A stretch of 64,000 bases of DNA from a virus (IMGVR_UViG_3300025030_000060:32555-96554); one strand, 5' to 3'. Positions 55,033 to 64,000 are shown, numbered from the stretch's first letter. The notes: generated by a model not told the origin, from the letters alone. Made by a program: numbers and translations.

Positions 55033-56121
55033 TTACCCCCAAATCATAGATTGACCATTGTCATAGTCGATAATCCCGCCGTCATCGTAAAAACCATCCC
55101 CTTCAAATTCCCAATCCACCTCAATCCTGCCGTCGAGCGGCTGGAACGCCACGCTGACTACTCCCGCTGGATCGCTTCCAAAGTTCCCGGAGATGGTGCC
55201 GCTGTAGTAGTCCACGGTGCCGACAATAGGGATGACAACATCATTAAGCTCATAGCTGCCACTGACCGCACCTTTGCCGTCGTCGGTCGCTACGACCCTT
55301 GCCCCTACCATGAGCCTGACCGTACCCGGATTGATCGGTCTAGGGCCATCCTCCTTCGTTGCAGAGTCAAAATTAAACAGACCATCGACCAAAGCAAGAA
55401 CGTAACGCCGCTCTGCCTGTGGAACACTGCCGAAAATGACGCGAGAAGGGCCTGGAAGATCAATCTCCTTACCAAAAAGGATGTTGGTCATGATGGAGAC
55501 CGGAGTGGTTGCGGCATAGAGCCTTTTGCCGTCCACAACGTCTGAGGCGTTTTGCATGGCGATGTTCTTGTTGTCCATCAGAGAGACCCGGACGTCAAAA
55601 CTTTCGCCGCCGATCTCGAAAGGGGCCAAGAAGGCATCATGCGAAGAGACGTAGGCATACCATGCGAGGGAAATCTTGTCGAGGGCCAGTTTGTCCCATG
55701 CCAGCAACACCAGATTGTAGTCTAGCGCGACGGGAAGTTGCTGAAGGTTGAAAATCTTGTTGCCGTTCCATACACGCCCGCGTGAGCCCTTCTGGTCCTG
55801 CGTGTTAACCAGCCCCGGCTTGCGGAAGTAGTAGACAACAGGGAAAAGCGGTGCATTGATGAAGGTCTGCGATGTCACGACCCCCTCTACCAGTGTCGTG
55901 CTGACCGTCTCCTTCGCCTTCTGACTGGAAAGGAAGTCTCGCATGAACTGTTCCGGGGTATCGGCGTCATGCCGGAAAATCTGTTTATTCACCGGTCGCT
56001 TGATGAAGTCACGCCAGCCTTGCGGCCCCTTGTCGGCGTACCCCGCGAAAGCCCCAGCGAGAAACGCTCCAAAGGCAAAGTCGACGCTTTGCAGTTCCGA
56101 TAGTTCGTTCAGTTCTGTCAC
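55033..56121 (-). CDS. gp24: Tail terminator (P1 gp24-like) with C-terminal extension
   Basis: D.AFG.FL...F, F..RP...QIF motifs; synteny 6-24-7-25-26. Confidence 0.65.
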   Translation of the reverse strand: MTELNELSELQSVDFAFGAFLAGAFAGYADKGPQGWRDFIKRPVNKQIFRHDADTPEQFMRDFLSSQKAKETVSTTLVEGVVTSQTFINAPLFPVVYYFRKPGLVNTQDQKGSRGRVWNGNKIFNLQQLPVALDYNLVLLAWDKLALDKISLAWYAYVSSHDAFLAPFEIGGESFDVRVSLMDNKNIAMQNASDVVDGKRLYAATTPVSIMTNILFGKEIDLPGPSRVIFGSVPQAERRYVLALVDGLFNFDSATKEDGPRPINPGTVRLMVGARVVATDDGKGAVSGSYELNDVVIPIVGTVDYYSGTISGNFGSDPAGVVSVAFQPLDGRIEVDWEFEGDGFYDDGGIIDYDNGQSMIWG

Positions 56122-56597
56122 GGGGTCTCCCCTTCGATGCTTTTGAACGGGATGCAGTAGTGGCGCTCTTTGCCGCCTGGAATAGAGCCTATCAGGTCAC
56201 TCTTCACGACATAGACGCTCACCATTCTCCGGTCATCCTCGCCAATCATCTCTTCGTACTGGATGATGGACTGCTCCGGCACCGGCTCCAGATTTAGTAC
56301 CAGAACCAGCGGCTGATCGAGGTTGCCGTCAGGGCCGTCGCCCGCATTGGTGGCCGACTGGAAGAACGGGCCTTCCACGATCCGCATCGCCCGTGCTCCC
56401 ACGGGGTCCAGATAGGTGACGGCACGCTCCGAGGTCTCCATGGAGCCGACAACATCGGCGTTGCTGGCTACCGTTTCCGGGGCTGAGAAATCGGCCATGT
56501 AAAGCAGGCACTCAAAGCTATCCGGGTGATAGGTGATGGTGGCGTTTATGTCGGCGGTGAGGGCGTTGCCGGTAGCTCGATAGTCGCGGGGTATCAT
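56118..56597 (-). CDS. gp7: Neck protein (P1 gp7-like)
   Basis: DSF.C.LY, Y.DP, VP..S...YEE, YCIP motifs. Confidence 0.7.
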   Translation of the reverse strand: MIPRDYRATGNALTADINATITYHPDSFECLLYMADFSAPETVASNADVVGSMETSERAVTYLDPVGARAMRIVEGPFFQSATNAGDGPDGNLDQPLVLVLNLEPVPEQSIIQYEEMIGEDDRRMVSVYVVKSDLIGSIPGGKERHYCIPFKSIEGETP

Positions 56598-57787
56598 TTC
56601 AGCAAGCCCTCCTCCTTGGCAATTCGCATCAGCATGTCCTTATTCGCTCCGGTGTTCTTCGCCAGGGCTTCTATGGTTCCCTCCAGCGGGGTCCCGGTCA
56701 TAGCTAGCGTCTTCAGGGTCCCTGACCACTGCTTTTTCATGTCGGATTCCAGTTGACGACGAGCCGATATTTCCTTCTTCGCTATGGCCTCGGCGGCCTG
56801 CTTCTCTTGGATGATCTGTCTCATCGCGGCATCGTTCCTTTCCCGTAGCCCCGCTATAGCCTTCTTGGCCGCCGCGCTGTTCTGCTTCTCCTCGAAAGCA
56901 GCTTGTGCCTTCTTGAAAGCCTTGAACGCGGAGGTCATCTTCATCTTTTCCGACTGTGCCCGGAGCTTTTCGGCCTCATCGGCCTTAACGAACTTGCCCC
57001 GACCCTCTTCGAAGTTGGTCTTCTGTGCCTGTTTCTCCATCTCTGCGGCGATTCGTGTAAGCATCACCGGTCCCTGCATCGTCATGATCGTCTTCAGGGT
57101 ATGCTTGCAGCAGGCCCCCTTGAGCTTTGGGTTGCGGATTTTCGGGAATACCAGCTCTTCAGGCATCAGGTTAAAGCCGCCGATAGTGGCGAGGTAGCGG
57201 TACCAGTATTGATGCCGCCCACACGAGCAGTCGAAAGAGATGTTCCCCATGGCGGCCTTGATCGCCGCAGGGTAGTAGTTCTTGCCCTCCCCGCGCCTGA
57301 TCGCTGTGCCCCAGTCTTCGAGGCGAATCCTGACAACGTAATGCGAGGGTGCCCCTGGCGTTTCACCGCTTGATGCCGTCTGAAAGAACAGGGTGTTGCC
57401 TGCCACCTTGTAAAGGGCTGCGCTCCTGATCTTCTTTGACCGCGCCTTGTCTATCGCCAGAGAAGACCTTAACAAGTCGCCGACTTTCACCCCCCGGACG
57501 TTGGTGCCGAACTTGTCCTCGGCGGCGAAGAGCTTTTTCGCCATGGCATTCAACTCAGCGAGGGTGTACTCCACTTGGCCGGAAGAGCCGTACTGAAGCA
57601 CGAGGTTCTGCCTGCCGTTCTTAGTGAGGGATTTGCGGTCCCGGAGAAGCTCTTCGGTGAGGAACTTCTGAACGGGTTCCGTTTCGCGGGATTTGACAGT
57701 GCGGCTGTTCGCAGCCCGCCAGCGACGCTCGAATAAACGCAACTGACGGTCTTCTTCTGCCATTCGGGTAATCTGCTTTACGGGCAT
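56594..57787 (-). CDS. gp25: P1 gp25-like protein with SWIM zinc finger
   Basis: SFDC.CGRHQYWYRY.A...FPKIRNP.L.G..CKH. Confidence 0.85.
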   Translation of the reverse strand: MPVKQITRMAEEDRQLRLFERRWRAANSRTVKSRETEPVQKFLTEELLRDRKSLTKNGRQNLVLQYGSSGQVEYTLAELNAMAKKLFAAEDKFGTNVRGVKVGDLLRSSLAIDKARSKKIRSAALYKVAGNTLFFQTASSGETPGAPSHYVVRIRLEDWGTAIRRGEGKNYYPAAIKAAMGNISFDCSCGRHQYWYRYLATIGGFNLMPEELVFPKIRNPKLKGACCKHTLKTIMTMQGPVMLTRIAAEMEKQAQKTNFEEGRGKFVKADEAEKLRAQSEKMKMTSAFKAFKKAQAAFEEKQNSAAAKKAIAGLRERNDAAMRQIIQEKQAAEAIAKKEISARRQLESDMKKQWSGTLKTLAMTGTPLEGTIEALAKNTGANKDMLMRIAKEEGLLK

Positions 57788-57788
57788 C

Positions 57789-58091
57789 CTATACTGTCCT
57801 CAGAAAGCAGCGGAGCAATGCACTTTGCTCACATGGGATGTGCGTCCGATAACGACCTTTAGAGTCAATAGTGTATGTGACTTTTGCCAAAGCCTCCGCA
57901 ATTTCACTGGGGAATTGTACTGTGCGCTCAAAGGCTTTTATCCTGAGTGTGACAAGAAGCATATCCTGAACGGAGTAGTATCTTTTTGCATCCACCTCAT
58001 TTTCGGGAGGGAGCCGAAGCCACCTGTAATAGTCAGGGTCAGTCACTGACTCAAGAAAGGAATCGGGTACCAGACGGGTGCCAGTATTCAT
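57789..58091 (-). CDS. Hypothetical protein
   Basis: ATGA-coupled to gp26; start MNTGTR. Confidence 0.55.
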   Translation of the reverse strand: MNTGTRLVPDSFLESVTDPDYYRWLRLPPENEVDAKRYYSVQDMLLVTLRIKAFERTVQFPSEIAEALAKVTYTIDSKGRYRTHIPCEQSALLRCFLRTV

Positions 58092-58402
58092 GCGATATCT
58101 CCGGTGTAGTACTTGATCCTCTCCCTGATCCAGACGACAGGGGGGAGCTTTATCGTGCTGCCAGACTCCAATGCCTCGCGCATGTCGTCCAGCCCAGCGG
58201 CCACGAGGATGATCCACTTCGTCTCTACCGTCTGGTAGCGGCGGTATGCTATCAGTTCCGGCATCAGGATTTCATCGGGTTGTATCTCGTGAGGGAACCA
58301 GTCGTTATCCGCCGTCTGGCCGATGCGGATTTCCCGGTACAGGTCGGAACGAACAAGGTCATCGGGGATGTTATAGGGGGAGAGGCGGGAGATCGCGCTC
58401 AC
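58088..58402 (-). CDS. gp26: Baseplate protein (P1 gp26-like, LysM-like)
   Basis: SRL..YNI.D, I.PDE...P.L.AYR.Y, LPP..WIRE.I; GTG start overlapping the upstream stop. Confidence 0.8.
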   Translation of the reverse strand: MSAISRLSPYNIPDDLVRSDLYREIRIGQTADNDWFPHEIQPDEILMPELIAYRRYQTVETKWIILVAAGLDDMREALESGSTIKLPPVVWIRERIKYYTGDIA

Positions 58403-58896
58403 TTGGTCATCTCCTTGGGCTGGACGTCGTAGCCAATATACAGCGGGTGCCCTGGCTGCCCCCCTTTGGTGATTGTGAGGCAATGGAGCTTGAACCCGCG
58501 TTGATGAAGCATGCGGGCGACAAGCAGCCCCCGGTTCAGGTGCCCGCCGTGAGTGCCCCATCCACAGACAATCATGCCAGCCTGCTGTGCGGCCATCACA
58601 AGATAGGTGTCATTGTCCGGGCCGACAGGGTCATCCTGCGCCTTCATGACGCGGGGATCGGTAGCGCGGTAGGCGAAGATGTTGACCACTTCAAGCCCAC
58701 CGTACCCCATGGCACGGGCGCGACGTTCGCAGCGTTCCACGGTTGGATCGTTCACTGCCTCGTCGGCAGTAGACGGGTTGAGCATGCAGAAAAGCAGGCG
58801 GGGCTTGTCGTGGTCCCAGACTCTCCAGAGACGGTAGCGGTATTGCTTGCAGGGCGAGAACGTTGCGCCGGTAGTCTCGAAAAGCGGAATAGTCAT
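58399..58896 (-). CDS. DUF1643 family protein
   Basis: FS.C..YRY.L.R.W, MLNPSTAD...DPT, N.FA.RATDP, P.HPLY. Confidence 0.9.
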   Translation of the reverse strand: MTIPLFETTGATFSPCKQYRYRLWRVWDHDKPRLLFCMLNPSTADEAVNDPTVERCERRARAMGYGGLEVVNIFAYRATDPRVMKAQDDPVGPDNDTYLVMAAQQAGMIVCGWGTHGGHLNRGLLVARMLHQRGFKLHCLTITKGGQPGHPLYIGYDVQPKEMTK

Positions 58897-58953
58897 AGGC
58901 CCCTCATGTTTGCGGGCACTTTAACGCTTTTATTTTTGCTTGACAAGACAATT

Positions 58954-59127
58954 TTAAGCTCTGCCAACGAGTCTTACTGTCACATCCCTATGACAGCCAG
59001 GGCACTCTAGCAGCTTTGAGCCGTGAACGAAGACTGCTACCCATACTGACGCGCAGAACGGGCACCACACTGTTCCGGTTTTCCATGGCATTGCCACGGC
59101 CACGCTTTCGGGTGCTCCGTAACTCAA
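58954..59127 (-). CDS. 57-aa zinc-ribbon protein (not in ORF track)
   Basis: GGAGG RBS, TTG start, WCPFC...LECPGC. Confidence 0.55.
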   Translation of the reverse strand: MSYGAPESVAVAMPWKTGTVWCPFCASVWVAVFVHGSKLLECPGCHRDVTVRLVGRA

Positions 59128-59137
59128 TCTTGCCTCC

Positions 59138-59335
59138 CTATCCGGCCTTGGTCGCCGTTCGCTTGTCCCAAAGGGCCTTCAACCGCTTGTTCTCGTTGTC
59201 TACTCGGTCCAAACGGCGCTGCAACCTCACCAGAGGGTTGCGCTCTCCAAAGTAACAGCACCGGTCGAGGCATACGATGTTGATGGGGTGATCCTTCGAG
59301 CAAGTCGGCATACTACCCCCTGTCGTCTTCTCCAA
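59138..59335 (-). CDS. Small hypothetical protein
   Basis: ORF in a tightly packed minus-strand operon. Confidence 0.5.
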   Translation of the reverse strand: MEKTTGGSMPTCSKDHPINIVCLDRCCYFGERNPLVRLQRRLDRVDNENKRLKALWDKRTATKAG

Positions 59336-59627
59336 GATCGGGCGCGGGGGTCGGCTCGAATGCTATCTGTTCCAACTCCCAGTAAGCAGAACATCCCTCG
59401 TCGGCAGGCTCGTGAACCGCCTTGAAAAGATATGTGCCCTCTCCTTTCTCGAAAGCGGTGTATTCTGCGGGATCGGCTTCTTCCACCAGCATGGTTTCGA
59501 TCTCTTCGAGCACATTCGTAGTCGCGTGGCCGTCTACCCCGCAAATAAACGGGGGAGTGCCTACGCCTATATAGAATACCTCTACCAGCAGGTCTTTTCT
59601 GCGGCTCGGGAATTGGGTGTCCGTCAT
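59313..59627 (-). CDS. Acidic hypothetical protein
   Basis: ATGA coupling, GGAGG RBS. Confidence 0.65.
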   Translation of the reverse strand: MTDTQFPSRRKDLLVEVFYIGVGTPPFICGVDGHATTNVLEEIETMLVEEADPAEYTAFEKGEGTYLFKAVHEPADEGCSAYWELEQIAFEPTPAPDLGEDDRG

Positions 59628-60283
59628 GGCATTTCCTCCCTGATCTTCTCCAGTTCCTTCCCTTTCGACACGTTCATATCATGGATCAGCGCCCGCATCT
59701 TCAGCGCTGGGTTCGCTATGACGTGCGCCCGCTCGTCGGCCTGGAACATCACGTCAAGGAACCGCTCGGAAAGGGGTTCGTAGAGGGCTGCCACGACGCA
59801 CAGCAGGACGGCGCGAAAGCCCCCGTTGAACCGTTTCCAATCCACCTTGTAGACGCTCCGGCCCTTGTCGTCATTCTGCCGGTCGACCATGCCGCCCTCG
59901 CTGACGGCGTTAATGTTGAATTGAGCGCAGTCGGAATGGAACACTATGTTGCCGGTGTCGGCAAGCGCAAAGAACCAGTCGAGCGCGTCGAAATAGTTGG
60001 ACCGCCTGGAGCCCTCGTGATCGTCGTTCAGATCCTCAAGGAGGTACTGTGTTGCGTACTGAGATATGTAGTCCGTCTTTTCCTCGACAAGGACGATGTA
60101 CCCGTCTGCTTTTCTCTCTTCGATCTCCTTAATCAGGGGGGCCTTCCATTTGCCAAAGATCCCGGTCGCTTCGATCTGCTGGACCATCCCGATTACCAGT
60201 GTCTCTCCGTTATAGACAGCATGCGCCCGGAACTTCTTGAGGGAGGCGAGGCAGACCACGAAAATCTTGACGTTCTTGCTCAT
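59624..60283 (-). CDS. Conserved hypothetical protein of P1-like phages
   Basis: GGAGG RBS; N.G..AVLL.V.A motif recalled from a P1 pmg-region protein. Confidence 0.65.
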   Translation of the reverse strand: MSKNVKIFVVCLASLKKFRAHAVYNGETLVIGMVQQIEATGIFGKWKAPLIKEIEERKADGYIVLVEEKTDYISQYATQYLLEDLNDDHEGSRRSNYFDALDWFFALADTGNIVFHSDCAQFNINAVSEGGMVDRQNDDKGRSVYKVDWKRFNGGFRAVLLCVVAALYEPLSERFLDVMFQADERAHVIANPALKMRALIHDMNVSKGKELEKIREEMP

Positions 60284-60606
60284 TGGCTACCTCCGTTCCA
60301 GCTTCTTTCCGGGCGGGCATCCCAGCGGCAAAAGTCGAGGAAGGTGCCGAACATGTCGCCATACTCCAGCCATCTCCGGCCACGCGCCATGGAACGGGAG
60401 GGCTTGCGTACCTTCCCCATTTCGCCGTACTCTATGCCATCGGTCGGGTGATAGTTGTTGACCTCTCCCGGCTTGTCAGTATCCAGATTGACGCCGATGT
60501 AGTTCCCCCGGTCCTCGGCGATAATCCCCGGCTTGCCGTAGGCGATGACGCGCCTGCCGATGCAGGCAGGGACCCCGTAATAGTTTTGCACGTACTCACA
60601 GTCCAT
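60280..60606 (-). CDS. Conserved hypothetical phage protein
   Basis: Y...YYGVPA..G.RV...GK.G.I....HPT..I.Y motif. Confidence 0.75.
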   Translation of the reverse strand: MDCEYVQNYYGVPACIGRRVIAYGKPGIIAEDRGNYIGVNLDTDKPGEVNNYHPTDGIEYGEMGKVRKPSRSMARGRRWLEYGDMFGTFLDFCRWDARPERSWNGGSQ

Positions 60607-60608
60607 GT

Positions 60609-61412
60609 CTATTCGCTCCAGATGTGTCTGCACGGCAGGCAGAGATAGGTTGTGACGCCAACTTCTTGGCCGTCGCCCTGGACCCCGCTGGCGGTCTCGG
60701 TTGTGATGGTGCTGTCGGATCTGCATTCAGGGCAAATGCCGCCATCTTCCACCCCAAACTCTTCCTTGATCGCGGCTGCTATCCGCCACTGAATGCCAAG
60801 GGGATAGTAATCGTCGCTGAAGGTTGCCGCAAGCTCGGCGCACCTGACGGCGGTCTTCTCCTGCACGGCATGGCAGTCCTCGTGGAAGTTAATCTGCTGG
60901 CAGTCCTTACACTCCAGTTCCCTTGCTTTCGGGGAATGAAGGGCACTGTCGGTTTGCAGCGTCCCGATAGCCGCCAAGATGCCGCCTATATAGCCGAGGC
61001 TGTCATCGAATTGCAGCCTCAACTTGTGTTGGAGCATGCAGCGGTTGGTGTTGAGTTCGCCCTCCAGTTCCCCTATCCTTTGCTTCAGTTTCTCGATCTC
61101 CGCGTCGCGGTCGGCGCAGCCGGAGCAATCATCTTGCCCGTAGCGATGGAGCTTATAGTTGAGCAGTTCTTCCGCAAAGTTCCTCGCCATAGACATCAGG
61201 ACCCCGTTGCCTTTCGCATGATCGCTGGGGGCTATCCCGTCATCCCCTTTCACCTGTGCCATCAGGTGGCTTTCACCTCTGCGATAAGACGAAGAGCGGA
61301 AAACTGTAGCCACTTTCTGCTCGTTCCATTCACCTGGAGTTGTTCTTGCCAGTAAATTCTTCAATTCTTCAACATTGTGTCGCTTCACTATGCACCCTCC
61401 TATTCTTCTCAA
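60609..61412 (-). CDS. Mosaic hypothetical protein (TPG.W domain, coiled coil, C-terminal Zn ribbon)
   Basis: TTPGEW, CPEC...CLPC; start uncertain. Confidence 0.6.
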   Translation of the reverse strand: MRRIGGCIVKRHNVEELKNLLARTTPGEWNEQKVATVFRSSSYRRGESHLMAQVKGDDGIAPSDHAKGNGVLMSMARNFAEELLNYKLHRYGQDDCSGCADRDAEIEKLKQRIGELEGELNTNRCMLQHKLRLQFDDSLGYIGGILAAIGTLQTDSALHSPKARELECKDCQQINFHEDCHAVQEKTAVRCAELAATFSDDYYPLGIQWRIAAAIKEEFGVEDGGICPECRSDSTITTETASGVQGDGQEVGVTTYLCLPCRHIWSE

Positions 61413-61983
61413 TTTTCAATTGATCATACTCCGCGTTGAACTGCAAAATCTTCTTCTCCGAGTCGATGCCGTAGTGCTTCAGGAATGCGCGGCCCGTGAG
61501 CTTCACCAGCCCGTGGTAACTGCCGGGGAGTGCCGTGGTGCCCCCGCCCGTGTGATGGCAGATACAAAGCGGCAGGGCTCGCCGGTCGCTGCACTTGCCC
61601 CCCATGGCGCTGTCGCCTTCCGGGTTCTCGTGGTGCGACTCGGCCTTGTTCCGGCAACCGGGGATCATGCACGGCTGGGTACGAATCCACTTCAGATACC
61701 TCGGGTCATCCACCGGGATGACCTTGAAGAAACTCCCGGAGAACTGCCGGGGGGCCGCTTCGAGGAAGTTGCGCCTGAACCCCTCGCTGATCCGGGGGAC
61801 TGCCTTGTCTGTGGGGACCTCTATTCCGAAGCCACGCTTGGCCGGAGGATAGGTGTGATGCTTCCGCTTGCACTTGCTGCGGCAATAGCCACTTATCAGC
61901 CGCCTCTCGAACCTCCGCAGGGTTTCCCCTGGCTCGTGAACAATCGGACGCCCGCAAGGGCACACCTTGGCCGCCCCGCCCAC
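61369..61983 (-). CDS. DUF968-like HNH-type zinc-binding protein
   Basis: YL.W.RTQPC...C....E.HH....G.K.SD...LPLC..HH. Confidence 0.75.
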   Translation of the reverse strand: MGGAAKVCPCGRPIVHEPGETLRRFERRLISGYCRSKCKRKHHTYPPAKRGFGIEVPTDKAVPRISEGFRRNFLEAAPRQFSGSFFKVIPVDDPRYLKWIRTQPCMIPGCRNKAESHHENPEGDSAMGGKCSDRRALPLCICHHTGGGTTALPGSYHGLVKLTGRAFLKHYGIDSEKKILQFNAEYDQLKIEKNRRVHSEATQC

Positions 61984-62126
61984 TACGCGGCCTCCGCTGC
62001 CATGCTCTCCCGCGTCGGGCAAGACTTACCCTTCAGCTTGTGCTTGCAAGGGACATCCTTCACGCTGAACAGCGGGCACTGGCTACAGTGGACTTCGCCC
62101 CTCTCGTTAAACTGGTAAGGTTCAAT

Positions 62127-62393
62127 TCAAGCCTCCCTTTCTGCGGCCCGCCGTGCCGCATCCGTTTTCATTTTGTCGAGGGCCGTCGCGGTGGAATCGC
62201 CATACCCGAAGGCGATAGATTCCATCTTTTCAGCATCGGAGCTGATCGGTGATCGGTATGCGTGGGCTGTCCAACCGGAAAGCGGTTTGCCATCCACATC
62301 GTCGGTCTGCATGTGCTCACTCACCGCGACGGCGGCAGCCTCGGGGAACAGTTCTTTAACTTGATTATAGAAAGTCTCCAGTGCTTTGCTCAT
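62127..62393 (-). CDS. Hypothetical protein
   Basis: AGGAGG RBS. Confidence 0.65.
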   Translation of the reverse strand: MSKALETFYNQVKELFPEAAAVAVSEHMQTDDVDGKPLSGWTAHAYRSPISSDAEKMESIAFGYGDSTATALDKMKTDAARRAAEREA

Positions 62394-62396
62394 GGC

Positions 62397-62648
62397 CTAA
62401 CCTCCTTTATGGCTGGCAGTTGCCAACCGTGTAACTATCGACTCGATTAATTCCGGGAGAACCGCAGCTACGGCCTCAACTATGCGCTCGCGGGGGATGG
62501 TACCGTCAAGGGTGAGCAATTCCGCTTCAAACAGTTCCCAGGTGGTGAACCTGTGCCCGTTCCCGCACTCATGCCGCCGATACCGGCGCGTGGCGTGCTG
62601 TCGCGTGTTGATGACCTTGGTTGTTGTGCCGCAGTCCGGGCAGTTCAT
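62397..62648 (-). CDS. NrdR/Ogr-like zinc-ribbon regulator
   Basis: M.CP.CG..T.V..TR.....RR.EC.NGHRFTT.E. Confidence 0.7.
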   Translation of the reverse strand: MNCPDCGTTTKVINTRQHATRRYRRHECGNGHRFTTWELFEAELLTLDGTIPRERIVEAVAAVLPELIESIVTRLATASHKGG

Positions 62649-63019
62649 TGGGGTTTCACGGTGAAGACGCCCATCTGATCGTCATGCCTGATCGCAACTG
62701 CGGCACGGTCGCCCTTCATCGGAGGGTCAAACCCGACAGTAAACACGGGGGGATCTATGCCCGCCGTGACGCCGCCCGCCGCTACCGATGCCATCATCTT
62801 GTAGATGTCCTTCATGGTGTCCCAAGGGATTGCTACCTGCTGGGTCCACGTTCCCGTGCCCCCGCACTGCTCGCAAGCATCGTCATGGTCGCAGTCGCAC
62901 GAGTGCTCAACGGGGATGTTAAATTCACCGATGCAAACTGCTTTCATGGCCGAAGTGACAAGAGGCTTCCCGTTGCGCGGGTCGGCGGGGATCATCGTTA
63001 CGGTTTTGACGGTTTCCAT
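62645..63019 (-). CDS. Hypothetical phage protein with Zn-finger
   Basis: K...IGEF, C..CGGTG, IPW.T.K.IY. Confidence 0.7.
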   Translation of the reverse strand: METVKTVTMIPADPRNGKPLVTSAMKAVCIGEFNIPVEHSCDCDHDDACEQCGGTGTWTQQVAIPWDTMKDIYKMMASVAAGGVTAGIDPPVFTVGFDPPMKGDRAAVAIRHDDQMGVFTVKPQ

Positions 63020-63290
63020 GTCGGACTCCTTGCTGCATGTATTTTCGGTTGTCGTTACCTGTCAGCCAGTTCTGGAAGGCGTGGAACAGTATGTGACGCT
63101 CCGCTCCAGGGTGCGCGAAGTTGCCCTTGCCCCCATAGCGCGGGTCCGGGATGACGACCTCATAGGTGACGTGCTTCTTGCCCCTGCGGGTGTAGACCGA
63201 AAGCAGCTTGCGCTTTGCTCCAGTCTCCGGCTGCTCATAAACGGTGCCGACCTCGAAGTTGGTCCGCTGAATTTCCTCGAAAAGTCGCAT
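62925..63290 (-). CDS. Hypothetical protein
   Basis: GAGGA RBS, TAATG coupling; 3' part overlaps the next gene. Confidence 0.45.
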   Translation of the reverse strand: MRLFEEIQRTNFEVGTVYEQPETGAKRKLLSVYTRRGKKHVTYEVVIPDPRYGGKGNFAHPGAERHILFHAFQNWLTGNDNRKYMQQGVRHGNRQNRNDDPRRPAQREASCHFGHESSLHR

Positions 63291-63505
63291 TATTCCTCAT
63301 CCCCCTTGAATATCAGCCTGCCACCGCCGAACACATGAAGATGTTTAGCCTTCGAATAGGGAAGCCAGTACGTTTTCAGCCCACCAGGGAAGATGACTCG
63401 CCATTTGCCCCGCTCATCGGAGAATACTGACAAGAAGGCCCGTAGGTCGCGGAGTATGCGGCAGGCAAAACATCTCCTCATCAGCAATCCCTCTGGTATT
63501 CTCAT
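63290..63505 (-). CDS. Hypothetical protein
   Basis: ATGA coupling. Confidence 0.5.
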   Translation of the reverse strand: MRIPEGLLMRRCFACRILRDLRAFLSVFSDERGKWRVIFPGGLKTYWLPYSKAKHLHVFGGGRLIFKGDEE

Positions 63506-63726
63506 TCGTCATCCTTACCATACTGGCCGACTCCGCGCCCACCGTCTATCGGGTCAAGGGCCTGTTTCGGGGCCTTGCGGTCGAGCCATGCGTCAAGGGT
63601 CTCGTACTCGTTACCTGCATCGTCATAGCCTTCGCACTGCAAAAAGGCCATGTTTTCGGCTCTGAGCTGCTCTACCGTGATACCTTTAGACGCTGCATAC
63701 TCTGAGTTCGTCATCTTCTTGCTCAT
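63502..63726 (-). CDS. Hypothetical protein
   Basis: GGAGG RBS. Confidence 0.6.
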   Translation of the reverse strand: MSKKMTNSEYAASKGITVEQLRAENMAFLQCEGYDDAGNEYETLDAWLDRKAPKQALDPIDGGRGVGQYGKDDE

Positions 63727-63728
63727 GG

Positions 63729-63992
63729 CTACTTCCTCCAGTCTGCCAGCAGGCAGGATGCAATCGGGTTGCTCTTGGCGTCGGCCCCTATTCCGATGGT
63801 GAGCGTGTGACCGTTAGAGAACCATGCAAGGAACCCGTGCCGCCCGCTGGTCTCGCGCATGAAGTCGGCATGTCTTGATCCTTCGCAGGAAGCAACGATG
63901 CCTTTATGATTGAGCAGGGCGAGGGCTTCTTGCGGGGTGCATTCCACCTTTACGCACTTGTCCACGTACTCGCCGGAAAAGCCTACCTGCAT
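63729..63992 (-). CDS. Hypothetical protein (may extend beyond the window)
   Basis: ORF at the window edge. Confidence 0.45.
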   Translation of the reverse strand: MQVGFSGEYVDKCVKVECTPQEALALLNHKGIVASCEGSRHADFMRETSGRHGFLAWFSNGHTLTIGIGADAKSNPIASCLLADWRK

Positions 63993-64000
63993 GATGCAGG

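Noticed and set aside
58897-64000. Further attC sites among the right-hand small genes (e.g. GTTAAAC at about 62107, GCCTAAC at 62395)
   Set aside because: Isolated cores without L boxes or hairpins; these genes are joined by overlapping stop/start codons.

Overview
The window is almost entirely a P1-like (Punavirus-type) myophage or phage-plasmid segment of about 58-60% GC, encoded nearly all on the minus strand. The host cannot be read from the sequence. Gene order follows phage P1: lysis genes; pro-prt (head protease, portal); a complete, contiguous Dar antirestriction cluster (hdf-darA-ddrA-ddrB-hxr-[extra polyvalent gene]-darB-ulx); fibre genes; gp16-bplA-pmgA-sit-pmgB-tub-pmgC-bplB-pmgG-gp21-gp22-gp23; gp5-gp6-[3-gene insert]-gp24-gp7-gp25-gp26; then small accessory genes. 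No terminase, replicon, integrase, invertase, tRNA or CRISPR was seen. Main observations: (1) an integron-type array of five attC sites (4981-7572) organises small phage genes as cassettes, with the genes inverted relative to the attC asymmetry and no integrase present; (2) four fibre/adhesin genes carry Sec-type signal peptides, and two of them follow structural genes ending in acidic DG repeats, suggesting exported fibres that dock onto the virion; (3) a recurrent [ILV]-[LMF]-E-[SA] motif, a likely prohead-protease site, splits the Dar/polyvalent head proteins into domain modules, and three of them share a DarB-like capsid-targeting helix; (4) a candidate sRNA, a 28-bp late-promoter element, a repeated operator and a likely +1 frameshift in the tail chaperone. 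Protein assignments come from recalled family motifs and P1 synteny, not from database searches.
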